A stretch of DNA of 46,592 nucleotides, taken from NCBI GenBank assembly GCA_029564175.1, contig JAKQQL010000187.1, forward strand, positions 1 to 46,592, in the 5' to 3' direction. The DNA comes from Candidatus Cloacimonadota bacterium (GTDB lineage: Bacteria > Cloacimonadota > Cloacimonadia > Cloacimonadales > WRIO01). Shown in pieces: positions 9,501 to 16,548 of this stretch. Position 1 is the stretch's first letter. Each line of letters begins with the position of its first letter. Made by a program: the position numbers and the translations under genes. The notes beneath the pieces are model-generated. The model was given only the letters and a program-made list of their open reading frames with translations, was not told where the DNA came from and did no database searches.

Positions 9501-10819
9501 ACGTAATCAAGTTCCGGTTCATCAATAAATACCGCAGACGGCGGGTCAAAAAAGATTGAGTTAAACTTAGTTTTTATTCCATTTATATATGTAAGATCTG
9601 TCTGCCCTACATATACATTATCTCCAGCTACATCTGTAGATCCAAAATGATCAGCTATCTGATTCACATTCCAGAAAAGTTTTTCCAGATAATCAATATC
9701 GTTTTGGGCATTAACCATATGTAAAGTAGGATAGTAACCTAAGTGTTTATAAGTAATCTCTCTGTTAATCCGCACAGGAATAGGATTATCAGGATCATTA
9801 GCACCAACGATTTGATTATATAAGAATCCTCCTGATTCGCCAAAATGAAAATGAATACCAGTCAAGTTATCTTGATCTTCAACCTCCCAACCTTCGTAAA
9901 AATCGCGATATCTTCTATTTGTGAAATTTATATTAAACCATGATCCATCCCATCCAACATGATAAGTGCAGTTCATGTACGGTGCATGAATATCATTATG
10001 AACATGAGCAGGAACACTCATATCGCAAAGCAAATGGATTATTCTACCTAAAATTTCATATCGAATATTTTTTATTCTTGGGTGAATAATATTGAAATTC
10101 TCCCATTGAGCTGAAGATAATTTAACTTTTCTACGAGTTTCGCCAACTAAAAGTATCATTTTTTTGTCGCATAAATCACTCATATTTGAAATAAATAATT
10201 CCGCATTTCGAACATCCTCATCAGGTTTATAAAGAAGGTGAATTTCATTTTCTTCTTCATCATAAAATGTCCCTTCATAATCTCCATCAATATTAAGAGT
10301 CAATGGATATTTGAAAGGGTCACCTAAATAAATATCAGGATCTTGTGCAAAAAGACTTAAGTAATATTTTTTAGCTTTCATGATTGCAGAAGGTACATTG
10401 GTATATTTATAACTTCCTCCAAAAGCATATCCCGTATCTATTATACCTCTCTGATCTGCATTGTTAACGTCAGCATCCCAAAAATGAGTAGCACTAACAC
10501 CCTGATTTAAGAATTCACCCTCTGTAAAATAATATCCAAGATCTGTTAAGTCCATTCCATTATGTGACCAATGTCCACCAGCTTTATTGAGCCCACCATA
10601 AGCTAAATCATTGTCGTCCTCAATAACAACACCTAATTTCATTGCCTGTACGATTTCATTTGATGAGACATCTTCAAATTCATTAATTTGTTTACATTTT
10701 TTCAGCAGAGCTAAGCCTTCCTGCAGTACATATTCATGCATTTCTTTTAAATATCGGTCTTGGGCCAAACATAGTGAGAATAAAGTCATTCCCAGTATTA
10801 ATATTATATATTTTTTCAT
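6569..10819 (-). CDS. Large secreted multidomain protein: Zn-dependent phospholipase C/P1-nuclease-like N-terminus, carboxypeptidase-regulatory-like domain, beta-helix, FlgD/T9SS-type C-terminal domain
   Basis: Signal peptide; MHEY, THFWD, LGRIIHLLCDMSVPAHVH, YEGW; GYVRDMNGLPLQGASV..TDQNGHY; SPCIDAGDP; NYPNPFNPSTSINY..GIYFLRM..KMMLIK. Confidence 0.8.
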   Translation of the reverse strand: MKKYIILILGMTLFSLCLAQDRYLKEMHEYVLQEGLALLKKCKQINEFEDVSSNEIVQAMKLGVVIEDDNDLAYGGLNKAGGHWSHNGMDLTDLGYYFTEGEFLNQGVSATHFWDADVNNADQRGIIDTGYAFGGSYKYTNVPSAIMKAKKYYLSLFAQDPDIYLGDPFKYPLTLNIDGDYEGTFYDEEENEIHLLYKPDEDVRNAELFISNMSDLCDKKMILLVGETRRKVKLSSAQWENFNIIHPRIKNIRYEILGRIIHLLCDMSVPAHVHNDIHAPYMNCTYHVGWDGSWFNINFTNRRYRDFYEGWEVEDQDNLTGIHFHFGESGGFLYNQIVGANDPDNPIPVRINREITYKHLGYYPTLHMVNAQNDIDYLEKLFWNVNQIADHFGSTDVAGDNVYVGQTDLTYINGIKTKFNSIFFDPPSAVFIDEPELDYVNSVKYQKIQDVCMPVAIQATANLLNWVAEKEEFSPQNMTTYIAQGYVRDMNGLPLQGASVSFTTMGYPVNKTYSTSTDQNGHYSLSVTPGNYDITTYKSGYANYSYYQSNCDPFNIATVPANLGYQSVSVPTLVMLINNSNTILVTESNGITIEQALNFARTSALANITIKIAPKSNNQVYTNTLDISGMGSKNLTIEGYNGLPVFNAEAPSIVNIFNDDMGFKLELRNIHFKGDGHLSSAVLSDSPNTTSPIKFNNCKFHNFNNGAIIANSNLFIIGCEFLNNKHTGSVNNWKTGGALFLTASCDLGDFIYLTTIKNNQFTGNYANRGGAVYLEGIFNYEISNNRFDNNRLEFSTSLNDFNGRNIYLDNNQKVTINNNIFVDTADDPNVGDGHYTIWSKDVPDLKIINNTFKGLNNVSAISTYKTIQNIQSNCKIINNAFMGYACGIDNNYYEKYTITHQYNFFSDVSIPMQDGISCNSTEKTNINLMLDPVTFRPIWNSTQFSPCIDAGDPDLNGDNKLWNIDGWDCDNDASRLNVGAMDVSPHAQIRHNLVSENNGINWVSFPAVNMLTNNASQALNVLANRNYSSLISSYYLTEMYWYPLSLNPPKISINRFDGYWTPLTHTINRWQGYKIRMNQAMPLEVSGQNLEADHNLTLYVNPTLIGNPLINEEQKYNWVGYYLKESMSPWDAFAPVLDKIDVIKTRHWTSVKDANGNWSSQASGGKEWVLNYGDLLMVHCTQTCTFTLGDNGFPQDPKSRTLAKTFVYEEDTDYLPVLVQVDNMAKSTESEIGLFVNGICKGAAVIQDSLVQINAYVIGDTLDWNSAVVEFVINTPGKSMPEVFNNYYTYNEKSKTYTNKQLNFADNHFVHQVKLTNSHENIPVIKTGIAGNYPNPFNPSTSINYSIQKETMVSLDIFNIKGQKVKTLLNEVVKSGDHQITWQGRDSSGNTCASGIYFLRMSAEGKNYTHKMMLIK

Positions 10820-10854
10820 TATTTTTCCTTTTTCTATTTTGTTTTTTTTTCGCT

Positions 10855-10888
10855 AAAAGGGCTTTCCTATATTAGAATAGGAAAGCCC
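10855..10888 (-). terminator. Hairpin/attenuator in the leader of the 1416-aa gene
   Basis: GGGCTTTCCTAT-TCTAAT-ATAGGAAAGCCC (12-bp stem) followed by TTTT on the minus strand, 36 nt upstream of the start codon. Confidence 0.7.
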
Positions 10889-11024
10889 GAAAGACAATAA
10901 ATTTATTCTTATCTCCTGGCAGATATATTGCAAGCGTATCGTAATATAATGATATAAAACAGCTAACTATATATATATATATAGTTACATCAATGATCTT
11001 TTGCAAATTGCAAAAATAATTCAT
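10872..11024 (-). CDS. Putative 50-aa leader peptide containing a (TA)8 tract (not in ORF track)
   Basis: GGAGGAGAA-ATG at 11024; MNYFCNLQKIIDVTIYIYIVSCFISLYYDTLAIYLPGDKNKFIVFRAFLF*; TAA falls in the hairpin loop. Confidence 0.55.
   Translation of the reverse strand: MNYFCNLQKIIDVTIYIYIVSCFISLYYDTLAIYLPGDKNKFIVFRAFLF
10964..10987. repeat. (TA)8 microsatellite within a 24-bp perfect palindrome
   Basis: TAAC-(TA)8-GTTA. Confidence 0.9.
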
Positions 11025-11114
11025 TTCTCCTCCATGGCTTTGAGATACCAGATCTCTCCTGAAGTCTATTTTTATTTTTTTTTCACTCTGTATGATAATA
11101 AAATTATTAGAATC

Positions 11115-11142
11115 ATAATATACATTTTTAATTTTTCGTCAA
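11115..11142 (-). promoter_or_regulatory. Sigma70-type promoter for the leader and 1416-aa gene
   Basis: TTGACG-N16-TATTAT on the minus strand. Confidence 0.5.
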
Positions 11143-11719
11143 GAAGAATTTCTATTTTATTAATACTTTTAATGTAAATGTATGATATTTAGAACTATAA
11201 TGTAACCTGTTTTTCTTAGCTTGTTGGTTGCGTTAAAAAGGACATATACAAATTTCATAATAAAAGAATTCATAAATGGTTCTGCTATTCCTCTGGTGTT
11301 CTTTTCCGTGGCTTTCTGTATTTCTGTGGTTGAAAATAATGTTCTGGTTTGTCAGAAAGGTATATGAGGGGGAAATATAACATCATCCTTAAAACACTGT
11401 GCTACTATATTTAATACATCTGGAGTTTTATGACTCCATCAATATACATCCTTGAATATATCGTATTTCATTTTCATTAGATATTAAATACTGCCCAAAT
11501 AAAATGGACTAAAATGTTTTTTTAGAAGAGTTTTCCAGAATAAACATCGGAATGAAAGTAAATATTTTTTTGGTTTTATCTTACTTTCTCTTGTAAGAAA
11601 TAAAGTAAGCAAAGAAAGTTCAAGCGCTTTATTAAAATCCTATCTTTGGTTACTCTCTTGGTCTCTACCGTAAACTCGCATCTGGTGGACATATGCAAGA
11701 AGTTACTCTTCTGTTCAAA

Positions 11720-11783
11720 CTAAGCGTCTCAACACTTCGTTCACCCCTGCAAAACAAACAAATCCTTAGCTTAATGATATCAT
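11720..11783 (+). repeat. Dispersed degenerate repeat, copy 2
   Basis: CTAAGCGTCTCAACACTT...AAACAAATCCTTAGCTTAATGATATCAT, similar to 3030-3088. Confidence 0.6.
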
Positions 11784-11830
11784 ACAACACCCACAATAAG
11801 TTATCTGTAGTACAAGAGCAAAATGCATAT

Positions 11831-11868
11831 CTGTTGAAAAACAAACAGTGTATGTTGGAAAATCAGCA
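11831..11868. promoter_or_regulatory. Tandem candidate enhancer-binding-protein sites (UAS)
   Basis: TGT-N10-ACA (11832-11847) and TGT-N10-GCA (11853-11868), 21 bp apart, ~80-115 bp upstream of the sigma54 motif. Confidence 0.45.
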
Positions 11869-11944
11869 AAAAGTAAAAATAATAAGAATGTATGAAGTAA
11901 GTAACTATATGAAAAATAGAAATATGAGTATTATAAAATAGGGA

Positions 11945-11959
11945 TGGCATAAAAAATGC
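11945..11959 (+). promoter_or_regulatory. Sigma54 (RpoN) -24/-12 promoter
   Basis: TGGCAT-AAAAA-ATGC; GG (11946-47) and GC (11958-59) exactly 12 apart. Confidence 0.6.
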
Positions 11960-11970
11960 GTTATTAAAGA

Positions 11971-12062
11971 TCGTCTATATGAACTCATTAGAGATTGTAT
12001 ACACACTCCCTCACCCCCCCTTATAAAACAAGGTTGACCCCCTCAACCTTGTTTTTCTTTTT
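11971..12062 (+). ncRNA. Candidate sigma54-dependent small RNA with C-rich motifs
   Basis: No substantial ORF between promoter and terminator; CACTCCCTCACCCCCCC followed by a terminator with a CCCCC loop. Confidence 0.5.
12025..12062 (+). terminator. Intrinsic terminator
   Basis: AAAACAAGGTTGA-CCCCC-TCAACCTTGTTTT then TCTTTTT. Confidence 0.8.
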
Positions 12063-12093
12063 ATCAAAAAACTTAATAGATTATAAAAATAAA

Positions 12094-12392
12094 TGTAACT
12101 ACTCAGGTGTTTTTAAATAAACCAAAACAGACAATAATGTTATTATTCATAAAAGTTTATTAGGGAATTGTAGGGATTTACGAAATGAAACGAAGTGAAA
12201 TGCCGTAAATCCGCTTAGGAAACCTATATGATACACAGATCATGATACTTTTCTATTATCTTTTTCGGATGTACGGCACTACGCAAGCTCCGTTTCGCAC
12301 ATCCCTACAGACCGTTTTGACATTTTTTATTAAAAAAAATGACGTTTTGTAGACACATATTTATTTTGTAAACAAGTACCTGAGTAGTTACA
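12094..12392. mobile_element. ~300-bp MITE-like element with 15-bp perfect terminal inverted repeats and an internal inverted REP pair
   Basis: TGTAACTACTCAGGT / ACCTGAGTAGTTACA; internal TGTAGGGATTTACG..CCGTAAATCCG and CGGATGTACGG..CATCCCTACA; degenerate copy at 15483. Confidence 0.75.
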
Positions 12393-12430
12393 AGTAAATA
12401 AATAAAAATAAAATGAATAAAAGATTGTGA

Positions 12431-12458
12431 TTGACAGGATCGTATCGTATGCTATCCT
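12431..12458 (+). promoter_or_regulatory. Sigma70-type promoter of the prolyl oligopeptidase
   Basis: TTGACA-N16-TATCCT with extended TG; RBS GGGGAGGA. Confidence 0.5.
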
Positions 12459-12485
12459 TGCGATAGATTAAAGGGGAGGAATTCT

Positions 12486-14507
12486 ATGCAATATCCAATA
12501 ACGAGAAAAGAAGAGATCAGAGAAACCATATTTGGCAGAGAAGTTGAAGATCCATATCGTTGGCTGGAAGATGATCATGCGGATGAAACACAGGCATGGG
12601 TGAGAACTCAGCAAGAAGTTACTGAACGAATTTTAAACGAATACCCAGACAGAAACAAAGTCTTTGATGAAATCATTGATTTAATCAATTATCCCAAGCA
12701 GACATTTCCGATAAAAAGAGGCAAGTGGTATTATTATTCTAAAAATTCAGGCACCCAGAATCAGTGGGTGATTTATAGAAAAGGAGAACTGGATGGCGAA
12801 GAAGAATTATTCTTTGATCCTAATACCCTTTCAGAAGACGGAACGACTAAAGCATTTCGATTAGGGGAATCCACTGACAGAAGGTATTTCTTCTACAATA
12901 TTTCAAAAGCCGGAGCGGATGACTCTGAAATCTGGATGTATGATACAGAAACAAAAGCCTTTTTAGAAGAAAAACTGCTCAATGCCAGACACACGGATAT
13001 TGCGTGGTACAAAGACGGTTATATTTACAGTCAATATGATGATGAAGCCGATAATCTCAAAGCCAACAAGAATCAGCGGGTTTTTTATCACAAAATAGGC
13101 GATTCTTTTGATAATGATATCTTGTTATATGAAGATCCAGAGCATCCATTCAGATATAATTCCGGCTGGGTCTCTGATGATGAGAAATATATGTTTATCT
13201 ATATCTCTGAAGGGACCAGTAAAAATAAGATTCTTTATAAAGACCTGACAATTAAAGACAGTAATTTTAAAGCGATTTTTGACACATTTGATTACAATTA
13301 CCATATCATGGATTCATTCAAAGAAGATGAATTCTATGTTAGAACCAATATGAATGCGAAGAATTACCAACTTCTAAGAGTAAATCTGAAACATGAAGAA
13401 ATCATTCCTGAAGTCATCATTCCTGAGAGAGATTATTTACTGGAAAGTGTTCTGCCTGTAGATAATAAGCTAATCGTCTCGTTTATTAAGGATGTCAGCT
13501 CAAAACTGGAAGTAATGGATACTGAGGGAAAATATCTTTATGATATTGAGATGCCTTATCAGGGAACAGCTGATTTTCATAATGATAAAAAAGAAGATAT
13601 AGAGATATGGTTCAGTTTTAGTTCATACACCCGACCTGATGAATACTACCATTATGATGTGGAAAATCATCGGTTGACTTTTTATCATCGTGATCAGATT
13701 AAAGCAGATGTAGAAAAATATCAGTCTGAGCAGATATTTTATCCATCCAAAGATGGAACTCAGGTTCCCATGACGCTAATCTATAAAAAAGGAATGCAAA
13801 AGAACGGACATAATCCGGTATATCTCTATGCTTATGGCGGATTTAATCATGCCTTGATGCCCTATTTCAATGAAGCGAAGATTCCTTTTCTGGAAAGAGG
13901 TGGGATTTTTGTCATTGCCAATATTCGTGGTGGTAATGAGTATGGAGAAGACTGGCATTCACAGGGTTGTTTACTCAATAAACAGAATGTTTTTGATGAT
14001 TTTATCGGAGCCGGTGAATATCTGATTGAACAGGGATATACTTGTTCTGAAAAACTGGCGATTGCAGGAGGTTCAAATGGTGGCTTACTAATTGGAGCTG
14101 TCATAACACAGAGACCAGAATTGTTTAAAGTCGCTCTGCCGATGATGGGCGTGCTGGATATGATTCGTTATCACAAGTTTACTTGTGGATGGGGCTGGAT
14201 GGTGGAATACGGCAATCCGGATGAAGAGATACATTTTAACAACCTGATCGCATACTCACCATTACATCATATTAAGGAAGGGGTTTGTTATCCTGCTACC
14301 ATGGTGGTAACAGCTGATCATGATGACCGAGTGATCCCTGGTCATTCTTTTAAATTTGCAGCCACACTTCAGGAAAAAGGTTCTAATGAGACGCCACTTC
14401 TGCTTTATACCCAGATTCAATCCGGACATGGTGCCAGTAACTTGAGAAAATACTACGAATTGAATGCGGACTGCTGGACTTTTGTGTTTAAATACTTAGG
14501 AATGTAA
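12486..14507 (+). CDS. Prolyl oligopeptidase (S9A), cytoplasmic
   Basis: DPYRWLED; catalytic GGSNGG, DHDDRV, SGHG; no signal peptide. Confidence 0.95.
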   Translation: MQYPITRKEEIRETIFGREVEDPYRWLEDDHADETQAWVRTQQEVTERILNEYPDRNKVFDEIIDLINYPKQTFPIKRGKWYYYSKNSGTQNQWVIYRKGELDGEEELFFDPNTLSEDGTTKAFRLGESTDRRYFFYNISKAGADDSEIWMYDTETKAFLEEKLLNARHTDIAWYKDGYIYSQYDDEADNLKANKNQRVFYHKIGDSFDNDILLYEDPEHPFRYNSGWVSDDEKYMFIYISEGTSKNKILYKDLTIKDSNFKAIFDTFDYNYHIMDSFKEDEFYVRTNMNAKNYQLLRVNLKHEEIIPEVIIPERDYLLESVLPVDNKLIVSFIKDVSSKLEVMDTEGKYLYDIEMPYQGTADFHNDKKEDIEIWFSFSSYTRPDEYYHYDVENHRLTFYHRDQIKADVEKYQSEQIFYPSKDGTQVPMTLIYKKGMQKNGHNPVYLYAYGGFNHALMPYFNEAKIPFLERGGIFVIANIRGGNEYGEDWHSQGCLLNKQNVFDDFIGAGEYLIEQGYTCSEKLAIAGGSNGGLLIGAVITQRPELFKVALPMMGVLDMIRYHKFTCGWGWMVEYGNPDEEIHFNNLIAYSPLHHIKEGVCYPATMVVTADHDDRVIPGHSFKFAATLQEKGSNETPLLLYTQIQSGHGASNLRKYYELNADCWTFVFKYLGM

Positions 14508-14576
14508 TGTGGATAACCACGAAAAACACTAAATACACGAAAAGCAAAAGAATAAGGAATGTAAGAATAGGTCTAA

Positions 14577-14647
14577 GACGCGGATAATTCAGATATTAAC
14601 AGATTAGTATTTAGAAAATTATCCGTTTAATCAGTAAAATCCGCGTC
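14577..14647. repeat. Inverted pair of GACGCGGAT periodic elements
   Basis: GACGCGGATAATTCAGAT... / ...AATCAGTAAAATCCGCGTC. Confidence 0.65.
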
Positions 14648-14673
14648 ATAATGATAAATAGGAGGTTTAGGGT

Positions 14674-15360
14674 ATGGTAAATTTTAACGATTTTTATTTG
14701 GAATATCTTGGGATTGAAGTAGATCAGTTGAGGAAAGGTTCATTTCATATATTTTCTTCTATATTTAGGGAACAACCAATATGTAAACAACATTTTTTTC
14801 CGGTAATCATCACTGAATGGGAGGGATATAGAATATGCTCTTGTACTCAAGAAATGTATCATTTTATTCAAAATAAATCAGAGCAGGAAGCAGAAGAAAT
14901 TCTTAATGAACGCTATTCTGAATTAAACTGGATTCAGTATCGCAGATATGCGCTTGAAAATCAGCAGGAAGAGATGGATAGCATAGCACTTGCTTTATCT
15001 CTTAACCTTTACTTAAGAATTGCTAAAGATAAATGTGAACATCATATCCATCCTGATACCCGTGAGATGCTCAGACAGGAATTGATTCAAGTGGTAATTG
15101 ATGAATCCAGGATAGCCTCACAGGCTTATGTCTCCGATTTGATAGCCGGCGCAGCCAATATCGCTGTTTCGACACATGAACAGTTTCGCTCAAAAGGTTA
15201 TGCCAAAGAAGTGGTTAAAAGTGCAGTCAATTATGCATTGAGAAAGGATCATTTACCGCTTTATCTGGTCAGAGAAGACAATACTGCTTCCATTCGGGTA
15301 GCAGAATCAGTGGGTTTTAAACTCAAGTCTCTGGAATATTGCGGATACTGGAAATCCTGA
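14674..15360 (+). CDS. GNAT family N-acetyltransferase
   Basis: VSTHEQFRSKGYAK (acetyl-CoA motif A), NTASIRVAESVGF; RBS GGAGG. Confidence 0.85.
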   Translation: MVNFNDFYLEYLGIEVDQLRKGSFHIFSSIFREQPICKQHFFPVIITEWEGYRICSCTQEMYHFIQNKSEQEAEEILNERYSELNWIQYRRYALENQQEEMDSIALALSLNLYLRIAKDKCEHHIHPDTREMLRQELIQVVIDESRIASQAYVSDLIAGAANIAVSTHEQFRSKGYAKEVVKSAVNYALRKDHLPLYLVREDNTASIRVAESVGFKLKSLEYCGYWKS

Positions 15361-15370
15361 ATTGTTCTTT

Positions 15371-15453
15371 GACGCGGATTACGCTGATTTTAATATTGAG
15401 CGCTTTGAAATAGAACGATTAAGATCATTAGACACGGATTACGCTGATTTTAA
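15371..15453 (+). repeat. Two direct copies of GACRCGGATTACGCTGATTTTAA, 60 bp apart
   Basis: 15371-15393 and 15431-15453. Confidence 0.8.
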
Positions 15454-15482
15454 GGACAAAAAGTTATTAACATACTTTTTAA

Positions 15483-15660
15483 GTAACGACTCAGGTACTT
15501 TTAAATAAACCAAAACAGGTAATCACTTTTTAATAAGAGTCTATAAGAGAATAGCAGAGATTTGCAAAATGAAACAAAGTGAAATGCCGAAAATCCGCTT
15601 AGGAGAACTGTATGATACACAGATCAGGATACTTTTCTTTTTTTTCGGATATACGGCTTA
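15483..15660 (+). mobile_element. Truncated, degenerate copy of the 12094-12392 MITE
   Basis: GTAACGACTCAGGT..TTTAAATAAACCAAAACAG..AAATGAAACAAAGTGAAATGCCG..ATGATACACAGATCA..GATACTTTTCT aligns to 12095-12280; right end missing. Confidence 0.75.
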
Positions 15661-15687
15661 TACCACCTCTCCAGAGTCTGTGCATAA

Positions 15688-15943
15688 GTGCTGGTTTTAT
15701 TCTATCGGACTAGGTTCAACTTTAATGATTCAGAATAGTAACAGTAATTCGAATGAGAAACAATGTCTTGCTTTGAGTCGCATTGGTGCTTTGACCGGAC
15801 ATTACTTTTATGAAAAAAAACTGAAACGGACTTATTCAAAAAAAGAAAATGATGAAAGCAGTCAGTTTTCTCTGGATACTTTCATAAATCCAATGGCTTA
15901 TCAGACAAATCATCCTGTTTTGATTTTTAAGTTAGATTTTTAA
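15688..15943 (+). pseudogene. Probable 3' remnant of a membrane/outer-membrane protein gene
   Basis: Open frame ending ...HPVLIFKLDF*; the 5' part of ORF 15569-15943 lies in MITE sequence. Confidence 0.4.
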
Positions 15944-16257
15944 TATTTAGTTTCATACATGGTGAGACTGTTTCATTTGATATAGTTTTTTAAAATACTT
16001 GATAGTAATTTTGAGCAGTTTTGATGAAAATTATAATTTATAAGGGAAAAGGAAAGTATAAGGAAAGAAAGAGGAAACAATAAGGAAAGAAAAAGCTAAA
16101 AACATAGCAATTATCTGTTTATAGGTGTATGTGAATATAAAATAAATAAATGTTGGCTCTAATCCTGTAGGAATTCTGTACATAGATAATCCTTTTGATT
16201 ATAGTCAATGTTATCAAGTTTAGGCTTTTTCATACAATAAAAAGATAAAAACCGATT

Positions 16258-16386
16258 TGTAGGGATGTTTGAAACGAAGTGACGTATATCCTGTCCCAAA
16301 ATGTATAATGCTCTGATTTGTGTTTTAAATTGTTGTTTAGTGTTGATTTACGGTATTCTACATTGCTTCAATATTCAAATCCCTAC
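16258..16386. repeat. Degenerate inverted REP pair (same family as inside the MITE)
   Basis: TGTAGGGATG..GAAACGAAGTGA..ATCC / GATTTACGG..AAATCCCTAC. Confidence 0.55.
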
Positions 16387-16548
16387 TAATCGTATATACA
16401 TTTGTCGAAAGGCAGTTGCTTATTACTAGATAACATTGGCTGCACCTTAGGGTATAAGTACTTAATTTTTGAAAAAAAAGATAGACATAATCAACTCATT
16501 GATTTTTTTGGTACTTATAAAGAATTACACAATTTAAAGTGAGGTTTT

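Noticed and set aside
11693..11941. 82-aa ORF
   Set aside because: Runs through a dispersed repeat and the putative enhancer region; no convincing RBS or protein motif
15569..15943. Intact 124-aa gene
   Set aside because: First ~40 codons are MITE/REP sequence; treated as a chimera/remnant
16042..16095. Purine-rich AGGAAA repeats as a CsrA-sponge-like RNA
   Set aside because: No hairpins presenting GGA and no terminator; low-complexity sequence
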